Shown piece after piece: positions 48,601 through 60,281 of a DNA stretch of 64,000 bases. The stretch is taken from assembly GCA_002269645.1 (NCBI GenBank), contig NIVC01002560.1, positions 97,635 through 161,634 of the forward strand, written 5' to 3'. The stretch is from Macrostomum lignano (lineage: Eukaryota). The notes under the pieces were generated by a model that saw only the letters and a program-made list of their open reading frames with translations, searched no databases and was not told where the DNA came from. The position numbers and the translations under genes are program-made. Position 1 is the first letter of the stretch. Each line of letters begins with the position of its first letter.

Positions 48601-49009
48601 TTTTTAAACAAAACTGTCGCTAAGAATGCACAAACCAACAATACTACTGAGAATATTTATCTCAGTAGCGAGTAACGAAACAAATTTCAGCAGCCACTCA
48701 CTCGCCATGATTTGGAGCCACATCGTCGCGAAAGAACTTCCGGCAGGTGTCCCTGAGCAGGTCGTGCTCCTCGGTGAAGATGCGCCTGGTGCCAATGTCC
48801 AGCAGGCTGCCGGCCTGCCCGATCTCCGGCCGCTGACCAGCTGCGGAGCAGAGGCTCCTGGGGCGGTGGCAGTGTTCAGCTGTGGCTCTTGCTGTACAAT
48901 AAGATTCTAGCTCACAGTTGTAATGAATGGGCCGTACTGATCTCTTACATTCACCAATATCTACTGACGCTATTGGAATACGTTTGAAAATGTATTTTGC
49001 ATGTGGCAT
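36640..49009 (-). CDS. ACADL: Mitochondrial long-chain acyl-CoA dehydrogenase
   Basis: Exons 48891-48702 (LLDIGTRRIFTEEHDLLRDTCRKFFRDDVAP), 48057-47920, 41990-41375 (SGPGFSLHSDIVMPYL..GAIAMTEPGAGSDLQG..GSKTFITNG..KMGLKAQDTAELFF..LPRER) and 36951-36640 (TIQHKLA..CVQLHGGWGYMWEYPIAKAYVDARVQPIYGGANEIMKELIAR). All phases agree. First coding exon 49009-48955 (phase 1, 63-nt intron) is less certain. Confidence 0.93.
38769..39137 (-). CDS. Uncharacterised intronless 122-aa Ser/Pro/Gln-rich protein nested in the last ACADL intron
   Basis: True ATG at 39137, GC-rich open frame, TATA/CCAAT cluster upstream, AATAAA at 38718-38713 downstream. C-terminus KRLPPPRRLPPIVRPPKINK. Confidence 0.55.
   Translation of the reverse strand: MRQHQSPLIVAGSSGSEQEQKTLLSDSCSSNSSCKSAENSTSSSPRFSAASALLPPAPPPPQQPQPQKQLLTPWWCRKSIRYDPGDPGADSGEQPAKQLLLPKRLPPPRRLPPIVRPPKINK
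39196..39270 (-). promoter_or_regulatory. Pol II core-promoter-like cluster for the nested ORF
   Basis: TATAAAAG (39235-39228), GGGAAATCCC kB-like site (39258-39249), CCAAT (39264-39268), Inr-like TCACT about 33-37 nt downstream of the TATA. Confidence 0.5.
39439..39957. repeat. 74-bp tandem repeat, 7 essentially identical copies
   Basis: ACTGACTCCTGAGCTCATCGG...GGCCCAAACCT recurs every 74 nt. Confidence 0.97.
40435..41352 (-). repeat. 32-bp minisatellite of the CCCAGATCCTCAGTTGCTGGGCC family, adjacent to an ACADL splice donor
   Basis: Plus-strand unit GGCCCAGCAACTGAGGATCTGGGAAGTTAAAA, about 27 copies, degenerating toward 40435. Confidence 0.95.
41996..42153. repeat. 79-bp perfect tandem duplication next to an ACADL splice acceptor
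   Basis: GAGTTACAGGTAAGAGGG...GCACAAAGT at 41996 and 42075. Confidence 0.9.
42293..45240 (+). CDS. Class A (rhodopsin-like) orphan/peptide-type GPCR, 349 aa, 3 exons, antisense inside an ACADL intron
   Basis: Exons 42293-42305 (ATGCTTCTCAATG|GTAAGT, phase 1, creating an N-D-S sequon), 44089-44450 and 44566-45240. Seven hydrophobic segments: TM1 GLGAN, TM2 SVDL, TM3 Cys + ITLERF, TM5 YALP, TM7 NPVIY, helix 8 FRAALL. Confidence 0.88.
42867..42892. other. Perfect 26-bp palindrome AGGCCTGTTAACCGGTTAACAGGCCT
   Basis: Read directly; about 105 nt beyond the stop of the tyrosine-recombinase ORF, flanked by GCCTGAGAAC direct repeats. Confidence 0.9.
42998..43471 (-). mobile_element. Crypton-type tyrosine recombinase (DUF3504-like) C-terminal ORF fragment
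   Basis: WYQNGPIGRHTLDSIV...KFSNQSLRKTCASRLHRAGLARDDIARVTGHSSNAIERY matches the recalled WY..P.G.N.L / TNHS.R.T..T.L / I...TGH.S..A...Y signature. N-terminal part (first catalytic Arg) is absent. Confidence 0.8.
46938..47510. repeat. 25-bp minisatellite (TGTTGGTATGCATACATCTGTCCTC), about 23 copies
   Basis: Read directly; source of six repeat ORFs. Confidence 0.97.
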
Positions 49010-49064
49010 TCAGCGGAAGCAAAGCTGACTGCTGTAATGTTTGCCAGTGATTCAGGATAGGCTT

Positions 49065-49340
49065 AATGGTAGGTTAGGGTTGGGTTAGGGTTTATGGTAG
49101 GTTAAGGTTAACAGTAGGTTAGGGTGTTTAGTGGTTAAGGGTTGGGTTAGGGTTAACATTAGGCTAGGGTTTATGGTAGATTAGGGTTTATGGTAGGTTA
49201 AGGTTAACAGTAGGTTAGGGTGTTTAGTAGGTTAAGGGTTGGGTTAGGGTTAACAGTAGGTTAAGGTTTATGGTAGGTTAGGGTTTATGGTAGGTTAAGG
49301 TTTATGGTAGGTTAGGGTTAACACTTAACAGTAGGGTTTA
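49065..49340. repeat. Degenerate interstitial (TTAGGG)-like tract
   Basis: GGTTAGGG/GGTTAAGG variants in a repeated higher-order pattern. Confidence 0.8.
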
Positions 49341-49604
49341 GCATATCACATAACATCACATTCAGCATATCCAGACATAAATTCAGAAAAGTGTAGGTAT
49401 GGGACAAGGAGCATAGGGGTGTTCAAAGAGAGGCCAAGTATTTATATATAGAGGGCAACTAGCAATCTTCGCCCCCGTTGGGGGACATCTGGATAGAATC
49501 TCTGTTCTCTACAAGTAACAAAAAGACAGCCAAATAAAGCCTTCACAAAGACGACAGACAAACTGCTCAAATAAAGTGTAATGCAAGAAGAAATCATCCC
49601 AAGA

Positions 49605-49945
49605 CAGCAAGCATCCCCCAGATAGCAAGTACCCCCCAGATAGCAAGCATCCCCCAGATAGCAAGCATCCCCCAGATAGCAAGCATCCCCCAGATAGCAA
49701 GCATCCCCCAGATAGCAAGCATCCCCCAGATAGCAAGCATCCCCCAGATAGCAAGTACCCCCAGATAGCAAGCATCCCCCAGATAGCAAGCATCCCCCAG
49801 ATAGCAAGTACCCCCCAGATAGCAAGCATCCCCCAGATAGCAAGCATCCCCCAGATAGCAAGCATCCCCCAGATAGCAAGCATCCCCAGATAGCAAGCAT
49901 CCCCAGATAGCAAGCATCCCCAGATAGCAAGCATCCCCAAATAGT
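49605..49945. repeat. 17-18-bp minisatellite (GATAGCAAGCATCCCCCA), about 18 copies
   Basis: Read directly. Confidence 0.95.
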
Positions 49946-50054
49946 AAGCATCCACCATACAATAAGTAGCTAGTGCTACAATTTCCTTAGCTCTATAGTG
50001 GCTCCTTTAAAATTAGTATGACGCTTACTTTTACGTTTGAAATTGTGTAAATTT

Positions 50055-52620
50055 TATGTTTGACATGGTGGCTTTTTAATGTTTGATTCGGGTTTTTTTA
50101 TTGTCTGACATGGTGTCTGTTTATTGTTTGACATAGTGGCTCTTTTATGTTTGACATGGTGGCTCTTTTATGTTCGACATGGTGGCTCTTTTATGCTTGA
50201 CATGGTGGCTCTTTACTGTTTGACATGGAGTCACATATATGTTTGACATGGTGGCTCTTTTATGTTTGACATGGGGGCTCTTAACTGTTTGACATGGAGT
50301 CACATATATGTTTGACATGGTGGCTCTTTTATGTTTGACATGGTGGCTCTTTAATGTTTGACATGGTAGGTCTTTATTGTTTGACATGGTAGCTCTTTTA
50401 TGTTTGACTTGGTGGCTCTTTAATGTTCGATATGGTGGCTCTTTAATGTTCGACATGGTGGCTATTTTATGTTTGGCATGGTGGCTCTTTTATGTTCGAC
50501 ATGGTGGCTCTTTAATGTTTTACGTGGTGGCTCTTGAATGTTTGATATGGTGGCTCTTGAATGTTTGACATGGTGGCTCTTGAATGTTTGACATGGGTGG
50601 CTCTTGAATGTTTGACATGATGCCTCTTGAATGTTTGACATGGTAGGTCTTTAATGTTTGACATGGTAGCTCTTTAATGTTTGACTTGGTGGCTCTTTAA
50701 TGTTCGATATGGTGGCTCTTTAATGTTTGACATGGTGGTTCTTTAATGTTCGACATGGTGGCTCTTTTATGTTTGGCATGGTGACTCTTTAATGTTCGAC
50801 ATGGTGGCTCTATAACATTTGACATGGTGGCTCTTTAATGTTTGACATGGTGGCTCTTTAAAATTTGACATGGAGTCACCTATATGTTTTACATGGTGGC
50901 TCTTTTATGTTCGACATGGTGGCTCTTTAATGTTCGCCACGTTTGTCATCAGGTTTTTCATGTTTGAGTCACGTATATGTTTGACATGGTGGCTCTTTAA
51001 TGTTTGGCATGGTGGCTCTTTTATGTTTGACATGGTGGCTCTTTTATGTTTGAAATGATGGCTCTTTAATGTTTGACATGATAGCTCTTTTATGTTTGAC
51101 ATGGTGGCTCTTTAATGTTTGACATGGTGGCCCTTGAATGTTCGACATGGAGTCATGTATATGTTTGACATGGTGGCTCTTTGATGTTTGACATGGTGGC
51201 TCTTTAATTTTCGACATGCCGGCTCATTAATGTTTTACATTGTGATTCTTTAATGTTTGACATAGTGGCTCTTTAAAGTTCGACATGGTGGCTCTTTAAT
51301 GTCCGACATGGTGGCTCTTTTATGTTTGACATGGTGGCTCTTTTATGTTTGACATGATGGCTCTTTTATGTTTGATATGGTGGCTCTTTAATGTTTTACG
51401 TGGTGGCTCTTTAATGTTCTTCATGGTAGCTCTTTTATGTTTGACATGGAGTCACATATATGTTGGACATGGTGGCTCTTTAATGTTCGACATGGTGGCT
51501 CTTTAATGTTTGACATGCTGGCTCTATAATGTTTGACATGGAGTCACATATATGTTGGACATGGTGGCTCTTTAATGTTCGACATGGTGGCTCTTTAATG
51601 TTTGACATGGTGGCTCTTTAATGTTTGACATGGTGGCTCTTTTTTGTTCGACATGGTGGTTCTTTAATGTTCGACATGGTGGCTCTTTTATGCTTGATAT
51701 GGTGGCTCTTTAATGTTAGACATGGTGGCTCTCTATGTTAGACATGGTGGCTCTTTAATGTTAGACATGATTTCTCTTCAATGTTTGACATTGCGGCTCT
51801 TTAATTTTTGACATGGTGGCTCTTTTATGTTTGACATGGTGGCTCCTTTATGTTTGACATGATGGCTCTTTAATGTTCGCCACGTTTGTCATCAGGTTTT
51901 TCATGTTTGAGTCACGTATATGTTTGACATGGTGGCTCTTTAATGTTTGGCATAGTGGCTCTTTTATGTTTGACATGGTGGCTCTTTTATGTTTGACATG
52001 ATGGCTCTTTAATGTTTGACATGATAGCTCTTTTATGTTTGACATGGTGGCTCTTTAATGTTTGACATGGTGGCCCTTGAATGTTCGACATGGAGTCATG
52101 TATATGTTTGACATGGTGGCTCTTTGATGTTTGACATGGTGGCTCTTTAATTTTCGACATGCCGGCTCATTAATGTTTTACATTGTGATTTTTTAATGTT
52201 TGACATAGTGGCTCTTTAAAGTTCGACATAGTGGCTCTTTAATGTTCGACATGGTGGCTCTTGAATGTCTGACATGGAGTCATGTATATGTTTGACATGG
52301 CGGCTCTTTAATGTTCGACATGGTGGCTCTTTAATGTTTGACATGGTGGCTTATTTATGTTTAACCTGGCCTGGCTCTTTAATGTCTTACATGGAGTCAT
52401 GTATATGTTTGACATGGAGTCACGTATATGTTTTACATGGTGGCTCTTTTATGTTTGACATGGTGGCTCTTTAATGTTCGAATGGTGGCTCTTTAATGTT
52501 CGACAAGGTGGCTCTTTAAAGTCTGACATGGAGTCACGCATATGTTTGACATTGAGTCATGTATATGTTTGACATGGTGGCTCTTTAATGTTTTAGATGG
52601 TTGGCTCTTCTATGTTTGAC
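50055..52620. repeat. 23-bp diverged minisatellite (TTGACATGGTGGCTCTTTTATGT), about 110 copies
   Basis: Read directly; contains an internal segmental duplication (markers near 50933 and 51876). Confidence 0.95.
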
Positions 52621-52688
52621 ATTGCGCTTCTTTGATGTTTAGCAGTTTTGTTGTGTTTTTAAGGTGTTTTAATAAAAAAAATCTTTTT

Positions 52689-52755
52689 GCACTACTGAGA
52701 TTCGAACCCAGGTCGCTACATTAGCATTCCAGTCTGTTCGCATCAGGGCTATCTC
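52689..52755 (-). mobile_element. tRNA-like pseudogene / SINE head
   Basis: Minus strand GAGATAGCCCTGATG...GGGTTCGAATCTCAGTAGTGC; clear B box, degenerate A box, no intact cloverleaf. Confidence 0.45.
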
Positions 52756-53299
52756 TTTTCAATTGGAGAACATGAATTGTGGCCCTTATAATTCAATTCT
52801 TACAGCAAGTCAATTGGAGTAAAAAGTTATGACATAATCAATTTCTCAGTCAGCCAGTATCAGTCTCAATTTAAGTTAGCAATATGGTTACGCAATTTCA
52901 ATCAAGTCGTGTGTGCATTTCTTCGGCACTGTTTTCAACTTGTTGTGATGCAATCTTTAGCACAATCGGAATTCAGTCAGTCAGTTTTTTCTCTAGCATT
53001 TTTACAATGCATTTCAAGTCGAAAATTTGGTTTGACCTTTGCAAAAAAGCATGTTTTTCGAATATTTAATCCCTTTAACATTGAGCAATTTCTTAGCCAG
53101 GATGCATGTACCGTGCCAGGAAAATTTCTGATCAAATGGTGCAAGTTTGAAGAAAATCGGTTGAGCCAATTTTTCTGAAATCTATCGCATACCGACAGAC
53201 AACTCATTTTTAGTATATACGAGGCCAACTCCTCCTCTGGAGGAGAAAGGGGAAGAATTCCCATCACCGGTACTCCATTCCCTGAAATGCCATTCCCTG

Positions 53300-53763
53300 A
53301 ATCCCATCATCCAACTTCTCTCCGCGAAACTGAACATCATCGAAATCTTCTCCGTAAAAGAGAACTCCATCAAACACCTCTCCGTGAAACTGACATTCAT
53401 CAAAATCCCCTCCGAGAAATAGAAATCCTCTCCGTGAAACTGGACTCCATGGAAATCCTCTCCGTGAAACTGACATTCATCAAAATCCCCTCCGAGAAAC
53501 AGAAATCCTCTCCGTGAAACTGGACTCCATGGAAATCCTCTCCGTGAAACTGACATTCATCAAAATCCCCTCCGAGAAACAGAAATCCTCTCCGTGAAAC
53601 TGGACTCCATGGAAATCCTCTCCGTGAAACTGACATCCATCAAAATCGTCTCCGCGAAACAGAAATTCTCTCCATTAAACTGGACTGAATCGAAATTTTC
53701 TCCGTAAAAAAGAATCAACTCTCAGGATTTAGTGGTTAGGGTTAGGGTTAGGGTTAGGGTTAG
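53300..53763. repeat. 80-bp higher-order repeat (core AAATCCTCTCCGTGAAAC) ending in four perfect TTAGGG units
   Basis: TCCGTGAAACTGAC at 53381, 53461, 53541 and 53621; (TTAGGG)4 at 53736-53759. Confidence 0.88.
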
Positions 53764-55309
53764 AGCTACAACGCAGCAGCGTGTTGAACCAATTGAATTA
53801 ATTGAATGCGCAACCGATTTCACAGTCAGTCAGTATCAGTCTCGGTAAAAGTTAACAAAAAGATTGCGCAAACTAAATCAACCCTCCAATACACAGCGAC
53901 TGACCCCCTTCCAATACGCAGTGGCAATTAAAAGTTGAACCCCCCTCCCACCAACTTTTGGGGGGTTGGTCGAACCCCCATTGAACTCCAAAATGAGTAC
54001 ACTGCCGAAAGTTAAAAGTATGGAAATCGTTTTTTAAATGCTGTGCTTTTTGTTTTCACATTTAAAGCAAACAACTTATATCCCCGAACTCAGTATTGCA
54101 AGATCTTTCCAGTAATATAAGTCTCTCTTCTGAAAGTTTAAAACTCGAGGAACAGTTAGCGCTTGAAATTTCCTGATTTAAAGCATTAAAGTATCGAGTG
54201 TACGTTCACAGCCTGCTAAAGAGGCTCGCAAGTTTATTCATTAAATTTTACTGCCCAGCAAATACACATGGCTGCCTATTGAATGCCGCCGATAATAAAA
54301 CCAATTAAATCTCGACACAGTCCTAGCTATCTCCTTACACTGTACAACTGCTATGTACACTCAGCCCAAGCCCAACCCCCTCCTATTCCGGGGGAATCGT
54401 TAAATTTAATTGAACCCCCCAACACGCGGGGGGGTTATTTGCATTGAACGCGGAACACGCGCACCCACCACCCCTCAATACACAGCGGCCCGCGGGCGGA
54501 GGTTGGGGTGGCTATTTTTACAAACTGGCTGCAGCCCCAGGCAGAGTGGCCAAAGAAGGTTATTGAGGGTTAAAAAAACAGTTTTCTGCTTTTCTAGGGA
54601 TCTTAAAATGTAAAAATGAAAGATTAAAATTGCTATAAACCCAATCCGGAAAATTTGCAGTTTTCCCATATAAGTTTCAACGCTGACTTGCCAGTAGTCT
54701 AGGAGAAAAATTGCAACACACAAACAAACAACGCACCACTTTTAGTATTAATAAGAAGAGGAGAAGAAGGAAAGGAAGTTCACAGTAGGGGATTAGGTTA
54801 AAAGACCAAAAAAGAATGAGAAAAATAAGGAAAGTGATAAAAAGGAAAATTTAATTAAATATTAGGAAATTCGAAGCATAAACAAAAGCTCAAGGTCTTT
54901 TTGACAATTTCAAGGCAACATGAATAGACTAAATCATTGTTAGAATGAAGGCTTATTCAACACAATCAAATAAGATCAATTTTGTGTGACCATACGAGGT
55001 ATGACTTTTACAGTGTACATAAATTTTTATTTCTTTGAACATTGGTTGTATGATTTGCTGGCTTTTTTATAGCAAGTCAAATCAGCCATAATATTACTAT
55101 CATAAGCCAAGGTTTTCAAAAGATATTTTGATAAATATCATAAAATTTTTATAATTTCACTCTACAGTTTTGGACTAAGGACAAGGAAAATATTCAATTA
55201 TATTTTTTAATCAAATTAAAATAAAAGAAGAGTCATGTCAAACATAAAAGCATTACACCAGACATAGAATATATAACATAGAAGGCATTAAAGGCACAAA
55301 AGAGGGTAT

Positions 55310-55480
55310 TGCTAAGAAGTCAAAGCTTTGAAAGGGAATTGCTAAGATATCAAGGCTCATAGGGCGAATTGCTAGCTAAGATATAAGGGCTTACAGGTGA
55401 GATTACTAAGATGTCAAGACTCATGGGGGATTGCCGAGATGTCAAGGCTTAAGGGGAGAATTGCTAAGATATTCAAGGAT
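55310..55480. repeat. About 30-bp degenerate tandem repeat (GCTAAGATATCAAGGCTCATAGGGCGAATT-like)
   Basis: About 6 diverged copies. Confidence 0.7.
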
Positions 55481-56483
55481 GAGCTCAGAAGCTACATGTA
55501 ATTTATTTAAAAAATATATGATGTAACTGCCCTTGTCGCCTGTCTGCTTCGGGGGAGGCGAATGCATGACCTGATGGGGCAATGACCGTAGGCTGCCTAT
55601 AACCGGGCAATGACCTGACGGACCTCCAGCACCAGACTGTCCCGCCCACATGATTGATAGTTTTGGTAGCGCTTTCGTGACAAGAGGGCCAAGGACCCAC
55701 ATGGACCCCACCTGTAGCCAAGGTGCAATAGTTGGTCACTCGGACACAGCATGACCGAGTGGCTGCCACCACTCTATGTGACCTGGCGCACCTGGATCTT
55801 ACTACCAGACCTCTCGAGGCTAGAGCCCCGCCTGGGATGGTTACTAGGAGATTTAGGCTAACAGGGGAGACACATGCAGCCGAGTACAGGGACTCTGCTT
55901 GGGGCATGATCGGGAACTCTGGGCTCAATCTGGAGGATTTCTCAGCAGGGGATCCTTTGTGGCTGTGAGCGAGGCTGACTTGCGACTTTGATTACTAAGA
56001 GTAGTGTGAGATTAACATGTACTAGCTATAGTTTAGATTGCTCAGGGCGAAGGGACGCGTCAGCATGGGGTTGCAACCTTTCTACTGCCATTCTGTGCCA
56101 AGACTCGCTAATGCCCTCTACTGCACACACACTCGGACCTGCAGCACGCACACACAGGCGGGCTTTGCACGGGGAGAGGCCATTAGCTTACCCAAACTTC
56201 CTTATGCTTTGCCACCCAGGGAGAAGGCTTAGCAAGCCATGAATGAAATGATGGTGAAAGTGTGAATAATGAGGAGTTTAGTAATAGTTAACGATTAGGC
56301 CCTTAGGCAAAATAATCAGGCAATTAGGCAGCTTCACTATTGAATAAATACAGCAAAAGATACGGTATCACAATTGGCTCAGCTCTCTAATCAAGCAATG
56401 GGAAATAAGCAAACCCCGGATAAGCAAAGGCAATTAGAGCACAAATTAGTAATAGGAACTTACCGGCGGCTGCACACACACAC

Positions 56484-56583
<100 letters not shown>

Positions 56584-56874
56584 TGACCATGGGCGGCTGC
56601 TGGCTGCAGACAGGCAGACTGTGAGGCGGTGATGCGCTGAAGCGATGAGGCGCTGATGTTGTTCAGGCGATGCTGAAGATGCTGGGCGGTAACAAACCGC
56701 AGGCCGGCAGATGAGCTCACTTGGGGAGCTGAGGTAACTTGGCGGTAACAGACCGCGGGCCGGCAGAGGTTTGTCCTATAGACGAATAGGTCAGATCAAG
56801 GTCTGACAGCGAGTCCAAAGAAGGACCAGAGGAGAGCCGAAGAGGTTAAACGATTCTCATGCCGAAAACCACTT

Positions 56875-56967
56875 CCTTATATAGCCTTCCCGCCCGCCGC
56901 TCCAAAGTTGTTTCCATGACTCCCTCTCTCTGATTGGCTGCCAGCAAAATGACGTCAGAATGAGTCA
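56875..56967 (-). promoter_or_regulatory. Compact promoter-like cluster (AP-1, CRE, CCAAT, GC box, TATA) oriented to the minus strand
   Basis: TGAGTCA 56961-67, TGACGTCA 56950-57, CCAAT on the minus strand near 56933-37, CCCGCCC near 56890, TATATAAGG at 56883-56875. Confidence 0.5.
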
Positions 56968-58530
56968 TGATGAGAAGCATGAGAACGGCATAGCAACATG
57001 AGAAATGGGAAAATTGCACAATCCGGAGGTGGGGTGGGGGATAATTGGCACAGCGGGAGGTCGCTAGTGTTGCGCAAGCAAACATTGAGAACAATGGGGC
57101 TGGGGTCGAGAACAGAGGAAATGGAAATCGGGATAATTGGGGAGAATCGATAACAATAGAAAAGTGAACATTGGAGAAAAGGTGCTAATTGGTTGCGAGA
57201 ACAAACGAGAACAAAAAAGAGAAAATCGGAGAAAATTTGATAATTGTGTGCGAAGAGGAGAACAAAAGAATAAAAAACGAGACCAATAGAAGCAGAGGTG
57301 GGGTGGGTATCGCATGAGAAATTTGGGGAGGAGAACAATGGCATGAGAAAAGGTTGCGCAAGAGAGGGTGGTGAGTCATCGATGAGTCATCGAGGGGAAA
57401 GAGGGGTTGCAAGACTTGCGTCACCATTTGGGAGTTTTAGTAAGGGATGGGGTGATGGTGAGCGCACAAAGTACTGTCAGTAGGTACTAGAAGAGGGGGA
57501 CAGTGCAGGAAAACAGTGCAAAAAGAGACAAAAGATGGGAAGTGGGAAAAGTACATGATAGATAGGGCACAACGCCTGGGAAATAGGGTAGCGGTTAGGT
57601 ACAGAGAGGGATAGGGGCTCCGGAAAGGCATGCATGGTGGCATGGGAGACAGAGCCAAGGTAGCAGGGGGTGCAGCAGAGTGGGAGTCAGCAGGCCTGGT
57701 CAGAGACCTGGCCCAGTCTCTATGGCTTTGCTCCAGAAGTGCACGGAGATCAAAGGTACTTTTGAAAAATTTCCCTTGCCATATCTTGCGACCAGAGCAT
57801 GGTTACATCTTATAGTCTATTTTTGTTGGCTTCCCAAAGGGAGATATTGATTGCTAGTTATAATTTTAAGATTCTTAGGATTTTAAGACAAATAGTCAAT
57901 TTGAAGCTATAAGACATAGAGTTTATATGCTTCTGCAACTTCTGTGCCTTATTATATTACATAACATAGTGAGATGCATCCATATACTAAAAATGGTTTG
58001 TTGGTAGGTATGTAGGAAGATTAATATACTGTAGCCAAAGTTATTTTGTAACCAAACTATTGAATAACTAATTAAAAATGATTCTTTTTACTAGAATATT
58101 ATTAAAAATAGGATAATATTCTTATTTTTTATAAGGCACAATTTTTATAAATATATATTGTAAGCTAATCTGTCCAATAAAAAGGTAGCCAAAAAAGAAA
58201 TTTTGCAAGACAAATCAACCAAGTATCAAATTTACTAATTTAAACCTATTCCTAGTTTTTATCTTTCTAAAGCTTTATTTTTTTATGATCTTAAGATATA
58301 TTTTAAATTTTTTTTATATCAGTAAAAAAATAAACAGAGCTCAGAAAATATTAAAATAAAAAAAATAACTATATTGAATATATAAAATATTATTATATTG
58401 AATATATAAAAGTTACAATTATTTATTGTTTTACTTAGGGTGTATTGCTAAAAAACAAAGTTACTCACTTTATTATTTTATTCTAATGTTTAAATGTTTG
58501 TAAAGTAAGCTTTTTGGACTTCTTAAATGC

Positions 58531-59121
58531 CCACACTCAGGAAGGTGTACATTATGGCGAAAAATTCCGGCACACATCAACGAAAAATGTGCGCGAAATG
58601 GCGCATACGGCGCATAACAAAGGCTTAGCAGAAGTTTTTAGTGCACATTGGCGCACAGCAAAACCTGATCAGAAAAATTTAGCTCACAATGAGTCACCTA
58701 AATATATAATCTGCATATGCAGTGCGTAAAATATGCTTTAAGATTACGTTTTTTCCAAGCATATCAATAAAAAAATTGTTTCTTGGTAAGTGAAATGAAT
58801 AATAAAATTCAAAATGGGATTTTACCATAAAGATAAAGCAATTTCTTTTGACAATTTTCTACGTGAGCTAAAATAAAGCAAAAGTTTTGAGTTGAAAAAA
58901 GCCTATATAAGGTTCAAAAATTTAACCGTGTTTTTAGTTTTGTTTTAATTGGACTTTTACCGAGTTTTTGGTGCTACGGCGTATTAGTACTCTAGCGATG
59001 TATTTGTCAACGAATGTAGACCTCGGCGCACAAATTCATATTTTAGCTTCGCGCACAGCGCACACTCTAAAAATACGCTGAAATATATTCCCGCGCACAC
59101 GTGACACCTTCCTGAGTATGG
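58531..59121. mobile_element. MITE (591 bp) with 18-bp TIRs and a perfect 8-bp TSD
   Basis: CCACACTCAGGAAGGTGT...ACACCTTCCTGAGTATGG (17 of 18 match); TTAAATGC at 58523-58530 and 59122-59129. Confidence 0.85.
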
Positions 59122-60281
59122 TTAAATGCTAGCTAATAATCACTATCCTTTGGCCTTTGACACTGACAATGAGAAAATAATTAAATAATAGATTTTTTAT
59201 TAAGCTATAGGATAGCCTAAAATATTAGGCAACTTGCCATAGCTCTATTATAGTGTCTATTGTTATAATTATAAAAAACAATTAATTTTAATGTCAATGT
59301 CAATGATAGATAAACATATATAGCCATCCAGTTTAAATGAACCATGTGCAGCTATAAATGAATTGCTAAATTAAATTACCTCATGCTGGTAAAGAATCGT
59401 AAACCAGAGCTAAGTCGCAACAAAGACATTTTATTTTCTTCTAGTACTTTATTACTTTATTCTTAGTAATCTGTTTATAAAATATAATGATCGTATCTTA
59501 GAAACTAGAAAAAGTGCAATTTTGTCTTGGGTTAACTTATGACTGATATATTGGCGTAGCTAATCGTTGTAGCTTATGGCAAAAAGGTAATTTTCTTCAA
59601 AGCAAAGTTGAACACGCAATACTATTTACTGCCACAATCTGGCAATGACCATGGGGCACCGAACAGATAACAGGCACAGCACAATGGTCCCCCAGCTTGA
59701 AAGGTGTCTAAGAAAGTTAACATTTTAAAAATATTAATGCAGTAAAATAAACTTTAAATTCTTAAAATCTGTAAAGTTAAAAACGTACCGTATATAAACT
59801 ATTCTTATAAATTTAACTGTTTCTCTCTTGAAGCAAAAGCACTATTTATAGAGTCCTACTTGTGATTGTTTACTTGCGCGCTAGTTTGATAAAAACAACT
59901 TTATTCTTTTTAAAATCATTTCTTGTTAACAATGCAATCAAGAAATCAAATAAAAGTCTGCTCTTCTACACGCCACTTACTCTGCATAAAAATAATAAGT
60001 TAAGACAAAATCTTATTAATATAAAATCTTAGAGAACAGCCCTTTAAGTTTTTTTGTCGGGCATTTATATATATTATTATTATTATATTTAGTTGATAAA
60101 ATATCAATCACTGACGTCGAGCTCGAGGATAAAAGATTGGGAAACTGAAAAGGTTAGGGCCTAAAATACTATTTTGCGTTGATTTTATGTATATTTAGTT
60201 TCCTGTCTTTCATAGTTGGACTATTTTTAAAATTGACACACTGTCACTATTTAAAATTTATATAAAACTTAGTAAAGTTTC

